64,000 bases of DNA, taken from an uncultured Lentisphaerota bacterium. Lineage in GTDB: Bacteria; Verrucomicrobiota; Kiritimatiellia; CAIQIC01. The stretch lies in assembly GCA_903896925.1 (NCBI GenBank), contig CAITZM010000016.1:859-64858 (forward strand), read 5' to 3'. A program made the translations under genes and the position numbers. Shown here piece by piece: positions 36,003 through 45,646 of this stretch (its first letter is position 1; the number at the start of each line of letters is the position of its first letter). The notes below the pieces were generated by a model, which was not told the origin of the DNA, searched no databases, and saw only the letters and a list, made by a program, of their open reading frames with translations.

Positions 36003-38534
36003 ATGGTGCCCAGCCGTCAGAACGAACGTGGCGCGTGGCGCGTGGCACTCCTGGCGCTCCTGGCCGCCCCGGCGGCGTGGGCGCAGGTGGCGCCCCTCGT
36101 GCCGGTGGACCCGCTGCTCACCGGGCGCGCGGCCTTCGAGGACGGTTTCTACGACGTGGCCGGCCGCACGTTCGCGCAGGCGGCGCGGCTCCTCGGCGAG
36201 CCGGCGCAGCGGCTGGAGGCGCGGCTCTGGCAGGCGCGCGCGCTGCTCGCCGCGCACCATGCCGCCGAGGCGCGGGTGCTGCTGGCCGGGTGCCAGGCCG
36301 AGGCGCGCGGCGGCGCAGGCGAGGCGGCCTGGGTCTATCTCTCCGCGCTTGCCAGCTTCGAGGACGGCCAGTTTGCCGAGGCCGGCCTGCTGGTGCGCGA
36401 TTTTGAAACGCGGTATCCCAACAGCCCGGAGACCGTCCGCGCGCTGCGGCTGGAGGCCAATATTTTGCTCCAGCAGGGCCAGCCGGAGCCGGCGCTGCTG
36501 CTGTTCGAGCAGGTCCAGAAAAAATTCGCGCAGTCGCCGGAGGCCGCGGAGAACCTGTGGCAGTGGGCGGAGGCGCTGCGCACGCTGCGCCGCGCCGAGG
36601 CCGCCCGGGCGGTGCTCGAAAAACTGGTGGCCGAGCGGCCGGAGACGCCGTTCGCCGACCAGGCCCGCCTGCGGCTCGCCGAGCTGTTCGGCCAGGCGCA
36701 GCAGTGGCCGCAGAGCGAGCAGGCCCTGAAGGCGCTGGCCGCACGCGCCAAGGCGCGGCCCGACCTGCGGATGACGGCGTGGGGCCAGCTCGCGCAACTT
36801 TACGAGTCGCAGACCAACAGCGCCGCGGCGATCCTGGCGCTGACGCAGGTGGCGGCGCTCCAGCCCGATCCCGTCGCCCGCCTGCGCACCGACCTGCTCC
36901 GCGGCAAACTGTTGTTCCGCCTGAACCGCGACGACGAGGGCGCGCAGGTCCTGCGCGGCATCGTCCAGCAGCCCAACGCGGGCGCGCTGGCCGCGGAGGC
37001 GCAGCTCGAGCTCGCGGACCTGCTGCTGCAGCACAAGCGCTACGCCCCGGCGCTCGCCGAATTCCAGGCCTATGTCGAGGCCTTCGCCGAGCCGGCGGGC
37101 CAGCGGCGCGCCCTGATGGGCAAGGGCTGGTGCCTGTGGCACCTGGGCCGGTTCGACGAGGCCGCCAGCGCGTTCGGCAAGGCCGGCGATGCCTCCGGCA
37201 CTCCCGCCGCCATCACCGAGGCGCGCTTCAAGGAGGCCGACGCGTGGTTCGCCGCCCAGCAGTTCCGCCGGGCGCTGCCGCTCTACCTGACGCTGACCAA
37301 TGACCTGGTCAGTGTCAGCCAGGCCGCGCAGGCGCTCTACCAGGCGGGCCTTTGCCACGTCCGGCTCAGCCAGCCGGCCGACGCCGAAAAGCTGTTCACC
37401 GCGCTGGCGGGCGTGCGGACCAACGGCATCGACGCCGCGCGCGCCTGGCTCGGCCTCGCGCTGGTGCGCGAAGACCAGGGCCGCTGGGAACAGGCCGTGG
37501 CCGCCTATGACCGGGCCGCCGCCGCCGCGACCGGCACGCTGTGGCAGGCGCAGGCGCTCAGCGGCCGCGGCCTGCTGCTCTACCGCACCGGCCAGTTCGA
37601 GCCGGCGCTCGCGACCTTCGACGAACTCCTGAAGAAGGCGGCCGGCGACCGCCTCGCGGAGCAGGCCTTTTACATGCGCGGCTGGTGCCTCTACCTGCTG
37701 CACAAGGAGGGCGAGGCGCTCCAGATCGCGCGCGATTTCATCGCCCGGTATCCGCAGTCGGCGTGGGCGCCCGACGTGCTCTTCTGGCTCGGGGAATACC
37801 TCTTCAACCGCGGCGACTACGCCGGCGCCGAGCGCCAGTTTGCCGACCTGGCGCAGGCCCATCCGAAGAGCGAGCTGGCCGACAAGGCGCTGTTCTGGGC
37901 CGGCCGCGCCGCCGCCGCCGCGGGCCAGCACAAGCGCGCGCTCGAAAAATACTACGGCCCGCTCGCCAAGCTGTATCCCGACAGCGGCAAGCTGGCCGAG
38001 ACGCGCTTCGCGCAGGGCGACGCCCTGAGCGAGCTGGGCAAGTTCGCCGACGCGATCCTCGCGTTCGAGGAGGTCATCCGCAAATTCCCGAACAGCTACC
38101 TCGCCAACCTCGCCCGCGGCCGGCGCGGCGACTGCGAGTTCACGTTGGGCAACGAGGACCAGACGCGCTTCGCCGATGCGCTCAGCGACTATCGCGCCGT
38201 GCTCGACAGCCCGACCGCCGACCGCGACCTCAAGTGGCAGGCGGAATTCAAGATCGGCCGCTGCGCCGAGAAGCAGGGCAAGACCGCCGTGGCGCTGGAG
38301 CGCTACCTCGCGGTCGTCTACGCGTTTCTGTCCGAGCGCCAGCGGGGCCAGCACGGCGACCCGCTCTGGTTCACCCGCGCCGCGTTCAACGCCGCCGAGA
38401 TCCAGGAGAAGTCGGGCGACTGGCGCAAGGCCGTGCAGGTATATCAGCGGGTCGTCGAGGCCGGCGTGCCCGCCGCGCAGGAGGCGCTGCAGCGTCTGCA
38501 GCGCATCAAGCTGGAACACTGGATGCTGTTTTGA
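36003..38534 (+). CDS. Secreted tetratricopeptide-repeat protein (843 aa), first gene of the TPR-ExbB-ExbD-TonB-like cluster
   Basis: The track ORF 35445..38534 was trimmed to the ATG at 36003, 2 nt after the uvrA stop (MVPSRQNERGAWRVALLALLAAPAAWAQ, signal peptide). It is Ala/Leu/Gln-rich with TPR-like periodicity throughout. Confidence 0.7.
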   Translation: MVPSRQNERGAWRVALLALLAAPAAWAQVAPLVPVDPLLTGRAAFEDGFYDVAGRTFAQAARLLGEPAQRLEARLWQARALLAAHHAAEARVLLAGCQAEARGGAGEAAWVYLSALASFEDGQFAEAGLLVRDFETRYPNSPETVRALRLEANILLQQGQPEPALLLFEQVQKKFAQSPEAAENLWQWAEALRTLRRAEAARAVLEKLVAERPETPFADQARLRLAELFGQAQQWPQSEQALKALAARAKARPDLRMTAWGQLAQLYESQTNSAAAILALTQVAALQPDPVARLRTDLLRGKLLFRLNRDDEGAQVLRGIVQQPNAGALAAEAQLELADLLLQHKRYAPALAEFQAYVEAFAEPAGQRRALMGKGWCLWHLGRFDEAASAFGKAGDASGTPAAITEARFKEADAWFAAQQFRRALPLYLTLTNDLVSVSQAAQALYQAGLCHVRLSQPADAEKLFTALAGVRTNGIDAARAWLGLALVREDQGRWEQAVAAYDRAAAAATGTLWQAQALSGRGLLLYRTGQFEPALATFDELLKKAAGDRLAEQAFYMRGWCLYLLHKEGEALQIARDFIARYPQSAWAPDVLFWLGEYLFNRGDYAGAERQFADLAQAHPKSELADKALFWAGRAAAAAGQHKRALEKYYGPLAKLYPDSGKLAETRFAQGDALSELGKFADAILAFEEVIRKFPNSYLANLARGRRGDCEFTLGNEDQTRFADALSDYRAVLDSPTADRDLKWQAEFKIGRCAEKQGKTAVALERYLAVVYAFLSERQRGQHGDPLWFTRAAFNAAEIQEKSGDWRKAVQVYQRVVEAGVPAAQEALQRLQRIKLEHWMLF

Positions 38535-38550
38535 AGAAGTGGAGTTGATT

Positions 38551-39192
38551 ATGTTTGAAGTCATGCACCAAGGCGGGCCGATCATGGTCGTCCTGTTCTT
38601 TGTCGGGTTCTTCGCCGTGGCGATCTTCCTGGAGCGGCTGTTCCAGCTGCACCGGGCGCAGATCCGCTGGCGCGATTTTCTGCAGGGGCTTGTGGTCATC
38701 CTCAAGCGCGGCAACGTCGCCGAGGCGGTCAGCCTGTGCGAGGAGGCGTCCGGGCCCGTGCCGATGATCATCCGCGCGGCGATCCTGCACCACGACGAGG
38801 GCGCCGAGCAGATGCGCGCGGCGATGCACGAGGCGGGCCTGCAGGAGATTCCGCGCATCGAGAAGAACATGCCCCTGCTGGCGACGCTCGCGCACATCGC
38901 GCCGATGCTCGGCCTGCTGGGCACGATCCTGGGCCTGATGCAGATGCTGATCGCCATCCAGCAGCGCGCGCCGCTGGTCCATGCCGGCGACCTCGCGGCG
39001 GGCCTGTGGGCGGCGCTGCTCGTCAGCGCGGCGGGCCTCGCCATCTCCATCCCGGCCTACGCGGGCTACAACCTGCTCGTCGGCCGCGTCGAGTCGCTGA
39101 CGCTCGACATGGAGCGCGCGGCGGCGGAGATCCTCAATTTCTTCGCGCAGAACAAGGTCGGCGACGCCGTGCTCAAGGAGAAGAAGGCGTGA
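38551..39192 (+). CDS. MotA/TolQ/ExbB proton-channel family protein
   Basis: 213 aa (MFEVMHQGGPIMVVLFFVGFFAVAIFLERL...) with 3 TM segments. GGAG lies 7 nt upstream of the ATG. Confidence 0.8.
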   Translation: MFEVMHQGGPIMVVLFFVGFFAVAIFLERLFQLHRAQIRWRDFLQGLVVILKRGNVAEAVSLCEEASGPVPMIIRAAILHHDEGAEQMRAAMHEAGLQEIPRIEKNMPLLATLAHIAPMLGLLGTILGLMQMLIAIQQRAPLVHAGDLAAGLWAALLVSAAGLAISIPAYAGYNLLVGRVESLTLDMERAAAEILNFFAQNKVGDAVLKEKKA

Positions 39193-39656
39193 AGAAGTCC
39201 CCGCCCGTGCCGACGCCGCTGCCGATCCTGCAGCGCCAGTTCCGGCCGCGCGTCCAGCGCGTCTGCCGGCTGATCGAGCCGGCGGCGCTCTTCAACGGCA
39301 TCGTGCTGGTCGTGGCGGCGTTTCTCGTCACGGCGCGCTTCATCCTGCAGCCGGGCGTCTCGGTCACGCTGCCGGAGGCGCCATTCCACGAGGGCGCGCC
39401 CTACGGCGCCCTGGTCGTCACGCTCTCGCAGGAAGGTTTCGTGTTCTTCAACGACACGCGGATGACGCTCGACGACCTGCGCGCCGCGTTCGCGCAGGCG
39501 CGGCACGACCAGCCGGGCGCGTCGCTGGTCATCGAGGCCGACGCCCGCGTCAGCTCCGGCACGCTGGTCAACATCTACAACATGGCCCGCGCCGCCGGCA
39601 TCCAGCAGGTGCTGATCGCCTCGCGGCTGCCCGCGCCGGTCGAGGTGAAGCCGTGA
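39189..39656 (+). CDS. ExbD/TolR biopolymer transport protein
   Basis: 155 aa from the GTG at 39189, overlapping the ExbB stop (GTGA). A single N-terminal TM segment (IVLVVAAFLVTARFIL) precedes a periplasmic ExbD domain. Confidence 0.75.
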   Translation: MKKSPPVPTPLPILQRQFRPRVQRVCRLIEPAALFNGIVLVVAAFLVTARFILQPGVSVTLPEAPFHEGAPYGALVVTLSQEGFVFFNDTRMTLDDLRAAFAQARHDQPGASLVIEADARVSSGTLVNIYNMARAAGIQQVLIASRLPAPVEVKP

Positions 39657-40447
39657 GTCCGGCCGCGGCCGAGGCGCTCCGCGCGCCACCCTCCTGGACC
39701 TTGCGCCGCCTGTGGCTGCTGACGCTGCCGCTGGCCGCGCTCTGGTTCGGTTTCTGGGGCCTGCTCTGGGAGCCGGAGTCCTTCACGGCGCCGCGCGAGG
39801 CGCCCCGCTTTACGCCGCACGCGCGCTTCCTCCCGGTCCGCGCGCCGGCCGACGGCGGCGAGCCGCAGAGCGACCTGCGCGTGATGTGGTCGCCCGTGCT
39901 CTTTGCGCTGCCGACCCCGATGGGGTTCAGCCGTGCGCCCGCCGCGGGTGACGGCCACGACCGGCCGCGCGTCCAGCGGCCGACCATCGAGCCGCAGCTC
40001 ATGCCGCCGCCGCCGGCCGCGCTGCTGACGCCCGTGGTGCCGGCCCCCCGGCCGCCGGAGTTCAACGACGGCGTGCACTTCCGGCTGGATGGCGCCACGC
40101 CCGCCTTCGCCGGGCTGCCGGCGGCCACCAACGCCTTGACGGTCGAGGTGCTCGGCGCGCTGGCGGACCTCCGGTGCCTGGCCACGCCGCTGCCGCCGCT
40201 GCCGCCGGACCTCGCGGCGGATTCGTGGACCATCGCGGCCACGCTCGAGGTCGGGCGCGAAGGGCGCGTGCTGCATGTCTTCCTGGACCCGCCCTCCGCC
40301 TCCGCCGAGTTCAACGCGCAGCTGACGCAGGCCCTGTTCCGCTGGCGGTTCGGGACGGCCGCCGCGGCCGCGCAGGGGCTGGTGCATCTGCACCATGCCG
40401 CCGCGCTCCAGGTTCCGCCACCGAAGACGGAGGACGCCGCGCCATGA
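39653..40447 (+). CDS. TonB/TolA-like energy-transducer protein (N-terminal TM anchor, proline-rich linker, C-terminal domain)
   Basis: GTG start overlapping the ExbD stop (GTGA). TM segment LWLLTLPLAALWFGFWGLLW. The central region is Pro-rich (PPPPAALLTPVVPAPRPPE). Confidence 0.6.
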   Translation: MSPAAAEALRAPPSWTLRRLWLLTLPLAALWFGFWGLLWEPESFTAPREAPRFTPHARFLPVRAPADGGEPQSDLRVMWSPVLFALPTPMGFSRAPAAGDGHDRPRVQRPTIEPQLMPPPPAALLTPVVPAPRPPEFNDGVHFRLDGATPAFAGLPAATNALTVEVLGALADLRCLATPLPPLPPDLAADSWTIAATLEVGREGRVLHVFLDPPSASAEFNAQLTQALFRWRFGTAAAAAQGLVHLHHAAALQVPPPKTEDAAP

Positions 40448-40671
40448 TCGTGAGCCCGACCATCTTCTTCTTCGTACCGCTGTTCTTCGCCCTGGTTGCG
40501 ATTTTCGCCAGCTGGTTGTATTACTCTTTCCGGATGCGCGTGCCGCTGCCGCCGCGGCGCTCGCGCATCTATCGCTGCGCCAGCTGCGGCCATGTCTACG
40601 CGGACCACCGCGACCGGCCGCTGTGCCGCTGCCTGAAATGCGGCGCGATGAACGAAGCGCTGCGCCGCTGA
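40444..40671 (+). CDS. Small membrane-anchored zinc-ribbon protein (75 aa)
   Basis: MIVSPTIFFFVPLFFALVAIFASWLYYSF is the TM segment, followed by CASCGH...CRCLKCG (CxxC-N16-CxxC). ATGA overlap with the TonB-like stop. Confidence 0.55.
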   Translation: MIVSPTIFFFVPLFFALVAIFASWLYYSFRMRVPLPPRRSRIYRCASCGHVYADHRDRPLCRCLKCGAMNEALRR

Positions 40672-40683
40672 GCCCGAAAGGAT

Positions 40684-41991
40684 TTGAACACCATGCAAGC
40701 CAAAATTGTCCGCTGGTCGCCGGCCGCCCCCCACGCGGCGGTCGACGCGCTGCTGCACCGCCCGGCGTTCGACGCCGGGGCCGAGCAGGTGGCGCGCGAA
40801 GTGCTCGACGCCATCCGCGCCGAGGGCGACGCCGCCCTCGTGCGCTACGTCAAGAAGTTCGACGGCGCCGACATCGCCCCCGCCCAGTTGCGCGTGACGT
40901 CCGAGGAGATCAAGGCCTCCTACGAGGCCGTGGACCTCGAGTTCAAGCAGTCCGCCACCGAGGCCTACAAGCGGATCATCCACTTCAGCAAGTCCGGCAT
41001 GCGCAAGGACTGGACGATCGCCAGCCCCAAGGGCGGCGTGCTCGGCGAGCAGTTCACCCCGCTCGCCCGCGTCGGCTGTTACATCCCCGGCGGCGCCGCG
41101 CCGCTGGCCTCCACCGCGCTGATGACCGCGACGCTCGCCCGTGTCGCCGATGTCCGCGAGGTCGTCGCCTGCACCCCCGCGGGCAAGGACGGCAAGGTCA
41201 ACCCCTACCTGCTCTACACGCTCGACCTCGCCGGCGCGACGGAGATCTACAAGCTCGGCGGCGTGCAGGCGATCGGCGCCATGGCGTTCGGTACGGCGAC
41301 CATCCGCAAGGTGCAGAAGATCGTCGGCCCCGGCGGCCCGTTCGTCACGGCGGCCAAGCGGCTGGTCTACGGCCACGTGGACCTCGACCTCGTCGCCGGC
41401 CCGAGCGAGATCGCGATCCTCGCGGACGAGACGGCCAACCCCGCCGCCGTCGCCGCCGACCTGCTCTCGCAGGCCGAGCACGGCACCGGCCACGAGAAGG
41501 CGCTGCTGGTCACCTCGTCGGAAATGCTTGCCAAGGCGGTCCAGGCGGAGCTCACGAAGCAGACGGCGACCCTGTCGCGCCGCGTCGCGATCGAGAAGGT
41601 GATCGAGCATGGGCTGCTGCTCGTGATCGTGGAGCAGCTCGACGCCGGCATGGATCTGTGCAACCTGTTCGCGCCGGAGCACCTCGAGATCATGGTGCGC
41701 GAGCCGCGGTCGTGGGCGCGCAAGGCGACCAGCGCGGGCGCGGTCTTCCTCGGCCCGTGGACGCCGGAAGCGGCGGGCGATTTCGTCGCCGGCCCGAGCC
41801 ACGTCCTGCCCACCGGCGGCATGGCGGCGGTCTTCTCCGGTCTGACCGTGGACCTGTTCCGGCGGCGCACGAGCATCGTCTCGCTGACCCGCGCCGACCT
41901 GCAGGAGATGCTGCCCGTGATCGAGGCTTTCGGCCGCGTCGAGCAGCTCGACGGCCACGCCCGCTCCGCCAAAATCCGGTTTGCAAAATAG
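40684..41991 (+). CDS. hisD: Histidinol dehydrogenase
   Basis: 435 aa. Conserved blocks: VGCYIPGGAAPLASTALM, KIVGPGGPFVTAAK, DLVAGPSEIAILAD, QAEHGTGHE. Confidence 0.9.
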   Translation: MNTMQAKIVRWSPAAPHAAVDALLHRPAFDAGAEQVAREVLDAIRAEGDAALVRYVKKFDGADIAPAQLRVTSEEIKASYEAVDLEFKQSATEAYKRIIHFSKSGMRKDWTIASPKGGVLGEQFTPLARVGCYIPGGAAPLASTALMTATLARVADVREVVACTPAGKDGKVNPYLLYTLDLAGATEIYKLGGVQAIGAMAFGTATIRKVQKIVGPGGPFVTAAKRLVYGHVDLDLVAGPSEIAILADETANPAAVAADLLSQAEHGTGHEKALLVTSSEMLAKAVQAELTKQTATLSRRVAIEKVIEHGLLLVIVEQLDAGMDLCNLFAPEHLEIMVREPRSWARKATSAGAVFLGPWTPEAAGDFVAGPSHVLPTGGMAAVFSGLTVDLFRRRTSIVSLTRADLQEMLPVIEAFGRVEQLDGHARSAKIRFAK

Positions 41992-42009
41992 CCCCTCGCG
42001 GTCCGGGTA

Positions 42010-42078
42010 GGGGCGCAGCTTGCTGCGCCCAATGTGTGCGGCATGGGGGGGGAAGAGGGCGCAGCAAGACTGCGCCCC
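42010..42078. repeat. Two palindromic GC-rich hairpins in inverse orientation (GGGCGCAGC-TT-GCTGCGCCC and GGGCGCAG-CAAGA-CTGCGCCC) in the hisD-hisC gap; REP-like
   Basis: Read directly. 8-9 bp perfect stems. The second is nearly the reverse complement of the first. No T-run follows. Confidence 0.5.
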
Positions 42079-42101
42079 TACGAAAAAACGAACGCGAGAG
42101 C

Positions 42102-43157
42102 ATGACGATGAGCGATTTGATCCGTAGAGCGGTGGCGGTATTGGAAGGCTACACGCCCGGCGAGCAGCCGCAGGTGCCGGGCCTGGTGAAGCTCAACACC
42201 AACGAGAATCCCTATCCGCCCTCGCCGCGCATCGCCGGGGTGCTGCAGCACTTTCCCGCGGAAAGCCTCCGGCTCTATCCCGACCCCATGGCCGTGAAAT
42301 TGCGCGAGGCGATCGCCCGCAAGCACGGCTGTGCATTGGCGAATGTCTTTGCTGGCAACGGCTCTGACGAGGTGCTGGCGCTCTGCACGCGCGCCTTTGT
42401 GGGCCCGACCGGCACGATCGGTTTCTTCGAGCCCTCCTACTCGCTCTATCCCGTGCTCACCGCGATCCAGGACGTGGCGCAGAAGCCCGTGCGGCTGAAC
42501 GCGGATTTTTCGTGGCGCATGGAGCCGGGCTACGCGGCGAACCTGTTCTTCCTCGCCAACCCCAACGCGCCGACGGGCATCCAGTATCCGCGCGAGACGG
42601 TGCGCGCGTTCTGCCAGGAGTTTCCGGGCGTCGTGCTGGTGGACGAGGCCTATGCGGATTTCGCGGAATATGACTGCGCCGACCTGGCGCTCGCGCTGCC
42701 GAACGTGCTCGTGGCGCGCACGCTCTCGAAGTCGTCGTCGCTCGCCGGCCTGCGCCTGGGCTATGCGCTGGGTGCCGTGCCGCTGATCGAGGCGCTGTAC
42801 AAGATCAAGGACTCCTACAACCTCGACCGCCTGACACAGGAGATCGGCCGCGCCGCCATCGAGGACGGCGACCACCTGCGCCGCAACGCCGACCAGATCA
42901 AGGCGACCCGCGCCCGCACCACCGCCGCGCTGACGCAACTCGGCTTTGTGGTGCTGCCTTCGGCGGCGAACTTCCTCTTCGTCAAGCCCCCGCGCCTCTC
43001 CGCCGCCGAAGTCTTTGCCGCCCTCCGCGCGCGCAAGATCCTCGTCCGCTATTTCCCCGGCGACCTCACCGGCGCCTACCTGCGCGTCACCATCGGCACC
43101 GACCCCGAAATGGACCAGTTCCTCGCCGCCCTGCGGGAAATCCTGTCGGCGCCTTGA
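42102..43157 (+). CDS. hisC: Histidinol-phosphate aminotransferase
   Basis: Trimmed from the track ORF 40395..43157 to the ATG at 42102 (MTMSDLIRRAV...). It has VKLNTNENPYPPSP and the PLP-lysine region LSKSSSLAGLRLGYALG. Confidence 0.9.
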   Translation: MTMSDLIRRAVAVLEGYTPGEQPQVPGLVKLNTNENPYPPSPRIAGVLQHFPAESLRLYPDPMAVKLREAIARKHGCALANVFAGNGSDEVLALCTRAFVGPTGTIGFFEPSYSLYPVLTAIQDVAQKPVRLNADFSWRMEPGYAANLFFLANPNAPTGIQYPRETVRAFCQEFPGVVLVDEAYADFAEYDCADLALALPNVLVARTLSKSSSLAGLRLGYALGAVPLIEALYKIKDSYNLDRLTQEIGRAAIEDGDHLRRNADQIKATRARTTAALTQLGFVVLPSAANFLFVKPPRLSAAEVFAALRARKILVRYFPGDLTGAYLRVTIGTDPEMDQFLAALREILSAP

Positions 43158-43370
43158 GTCCGGGCTGACACCGCCCGTCAAATCGAACCCGCCGGTGAGG
43201 CAGACCGTCCAGCGATCAGGGATGTTTTGTCCCACAACGATGTAAAGCGAGGGTTGGCGAAGGCGTGTTCGAATGAAGAGTCGCTTGTCATGATGTGAAG
43301 CTATTGCCCCTCACCTCGGCCCCACCGCCAAAGCGGCAGAGGCGGGCTGCTGTCGACGCGGCAGGGCGGC

Positions 43371-43480
43371 TCGGTCGGGCGGGTGCTGAGCGACCTGCGC
43401 GGCAACGTTGGGGTTGTGTCGGGCCTGCTGTCGTTGGCGATACCTCGAAGTTCGAGGTATCCGTGGGCTGTGGCTGTCGT
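43371..43480. repeat. About 110-bp direct-repeat element, copy 1, containing the perfect hairpin GATACCTCG-aagtt-CGAGGTATC
   Basis: About 80% identical to 43646..43755. The stems are identical and the loops diverged. Confidence 0.6.
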
Positions 43481-43568
43481 CAGGTCAGGCTGAGCGTCAG
43501 ACGGTGAGCCGTGATCGTCAAGCTGCTCCCAGTTCGCCCTGTGGTCTGGCTTTCATGTCCCCGTTTGT

Positions 43569-43594
43569 AATGATTCTGTCCACCATGGTGATGT
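43569..43594 (+). repeat. 26-bp motif ATGATTCTG-TCCACC-ATGGTGATGTC (tandem ATGRTTCTG half-sites 15 bp apart); it starts a 31-codon ORF MILSTMVMSR...
   Basis: Related copies are at 51189..51214 (minus orientation) and 51280..51305. Confidence 0.45.
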
Positions 43595-43645
43595 CGCGTC
43601 TTGCAGCGCTGTCGGCCCTCGCCTCGAAACTCACCCTCGACACCA

Positions 43646-43755
43646 AGCGGTCGGTCAGCTGCTGAACGACCTGCGCGGTGACGCCGGGGTTGTGCAGGGC
43701 CTGACGGCTTTGGCGATACCTCGGTATCCGAGGTATCCGTGGTCTGTGGCTTGTA
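43646..43755. repeat. About 110-bp direct-repeat element, copy 2, containing the hairpin GATACCTCG-gtatc-CGAGGTATC
   Basis: See copy 1. Spacing between the copies is about 275 bp. Confidence 0.6.
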
Positions 43756-43834
43756 TCATTTCGTGAGCGCGGTTGGATGGTGAAGGAGCGTGGCCTGGAT
43801 ACTAGTATCAGAATTTGTTTTCTCAGCAGGCTGG

Positions 43835-43948
43835 TAGGGCACCTTACGAAAGCCTCTCGTGGAGCGAGAGGTCTACTATGACGCGGCGGCAACGTAGTCC
43901 TCACGCTCCGCCTGAGGCGGACAAGTCTGCGTGAGGTTTGGCTGCGGC
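43835..43948. repeat. About 110-bp inverted repeat, left copy, 75 bp downstream of the radical SAM gene stop; contains hairpins CCTCTCG-N6-CGAGAGG and CCTCACGC...GCGTGAGG
   Basis: The reverse complement of 45647..45757 aligns at about 80% identity, with one 17-bp indel. Confidence 0.6.
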
Positions 43949-44022
43949 GCCAGTCGCGCCGGGCACTCTTCACGACGATCCGCTGGCGGGCTGCGCTCGG
44001 ATGGATGGCGGCTCGCGCGAGG

Positions 44023-45501
44023 TCACGCGTGGACCGAGGCGGAGGTGCGGCGGAAATGATGACCGTAGATGGCCAGGGTGACGGCCAGGGGCAGCAGGCG
44101 CGGACAGCGGAAGAAGGTCCATACCAGCAGGCCCCAGTACTGGAAGCGCTCGCGGCCGATGATGCCGAGGCGGAACGTGGAGCGCAGAAACGCCGAACAG
44201 TTGCGCCAGCTCATGTTCGAGGGGATTTTGGGCGGATGATATTCGCGCAGGAACGTGCGTACCCGCTTGTAGTAGGGACCCGGCGCGTAGATGTGCTGGA
44301 GGATGCGCCCGTAGCCGGCGCGCAGTTTTTCGATGCCCATGCGCGGTACGACGTTGGTCGTGCCATCCGAATTGTTTCCAGTGGACGGGCCGGCGAGGCG
44401 GCCTTCGCGTTTCAGGCGCGCGTAGAGCTTGGTGCCGGGCGGGGCGCTCAGCATGCCGACCATCGCGGTGACAATGCCGCTCTTCTGGATGAAGTCGATC
44501 TGCCGCTGGAAGATGGAGGCCGTGTCGCTGTCGAAGCCGACGATGAACCCGCCTTGCACCTGCAGGCCCGAGTTCTGGATGCGCTTGATGTCCGCGATCA
44601 GGTTGCGGTGCTGGTTCTGGCCCTTGTTGCATTCGGCCAGGCCGGCCTCGTCCGGCGTCTCGATGCCGATGAAGACCGTGTCGAAGCCCGCCTGCACCAT
44701 CGCCCCCATCAGCTCGGCGTCGTCTGCCAGGTTGATCGAGGCCTCGGTGAAGAACGTGATGCTGGGGTGCGCCTGCCGCCAGGCGCTCAGGACGGGCAGC
44801 AGCTCTTCCTTGAGATAGCGTTTGTTGCCGATGAAGTTGTCATCCACGAAGAACACCTGCCGGTGCCAGCCGGCCTGATAGAGGCCTTCCAGTTCGGCGA
44901 CGATCTGGGCCGGCGACTTCATGCGCGGGCGGTGGCCAAAGAGCGCGGTGATGTTGCAGAACTCGCAGTCGAACGGGCAGCCGCGTGAGAATTGGATGCT
45001 CATTGAGGCGTAGCGCTTCAGGTCGGCCAGGCCCCACAGCGGCACGGGCGTCTGGTGCAGGTCGGGGAATTCCGTCGACGTATAGATGCGTTGCGGAGTG
45101 CCTTGTTCCCAGTCGTGCAGGAACCTGGGTAGCGTCACCTCGGCCTCGTTCAATACGAAATGATCCACCTCGGGGAATTGCTCCTGTTCGGCGCTGAAGA
45201 GCGGCCCGCCGGCGACCACCGTTTTCCCGGCCGCATGGGCGCGGGCGATCAGCTCCCGTGCGGAGTCGCGCTGGGCGATCATGGCGCTGATGAACACCAC
45301 CTCGGCCCAGGCAAGGTCGCTGGCCTGCAGGCGGCGTATGTTGACATCCACCAGCCGCTTGGACCACGCGGCGGGCAGCATGGCCGCGACGGTCAGCAGG
45401 CCCAAGGGCGGCAGCGAAACTTTCCGGTGGACGAACTTCAAGGCGTGCTTGAAGCTCCAGAAGGTCTCCGGAAATTCCGGGTATAGTAATAACACTTTCA
45501 C
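44023..45501 (-). CDS. B12-binding-domain radical SAM protein (class B, DUF4070-type C-terminus), function unknown
   Basis: 492 aa. The N-terminus MKVLLLYPEFPETFWSFKHALKFVHRKVSLPPLGLLTVAAMLP is a cobalamin-binding fold. CPFDCEFC is the CxxxCxxC radical SAM cluster motif. Confidence 0.8.
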   Translation of the reverse strand: MKVLLLYPEFPETFWSFKHALKFVHRKVSLPPLGLLTVAAMLPAAWSKRLVDVNIRRLQASDLAWAEVVFISAMIAQRDSARELIARAHAAGKTVVAGGPLFSAEQEQFPEVDHFVLNEAEVTLPRFLHDWEQGTPQRIYTSTEFPDLHQTPVPLWGLADLKRYASMSIQFSRGCPFDCEFCNITALFGHRPRMKSPAQIVAELEGLYQAGWHRQVFFVDDNFIGNKRYLKEELLPVLSAWRQAHPSITFFTEASINLADDAELMGAMVQAGFDTVFIGIETPDEAGLAECNKGQNQHRNLIADIKRIQNSGLQVQGGFIVGFDSDTASIFQRQIDFIQKSGIVTAMVGMLSAPPGTKLYARLKREGRLAGPSTGNNSDGTTNVVPRMGIEKLRAGYGRILQHIYAPGPYYKRVRTFLREYHPPKIPSNMSWRNCSAFLRSTFRLGIIGRERFQYWGLLVWTFFRCPRLLPLAVTLAIYGHHFRRTSASVHA

Positions 45502-45646
45502 AAGAAAAGATACGCCCGAAGAGTACGATCGCCAGCCGCCGTCAGCAATGAGTTTTCCAAGCCGGCAGCACCCTCACCCCGAGAAGGGAGAGGTCGAGAG
45601 CAGCAGAAGCGCTCACGCCTTCTGCTGGTGAGCACAGCGCGGCCTA

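Noticed and set aside
43295-43665. Track ORFs 43295..43507 (70 aa) and 43408..43665 (85 aa) in the island
   Set aside because: They overlap the 110-bp direct repeats in different frames. Differences between the repeat copies are mostly non-synonymous in any frame while the hairpin stems are conserved. They are more likely structural nucleic-acid elements than protein-coding.
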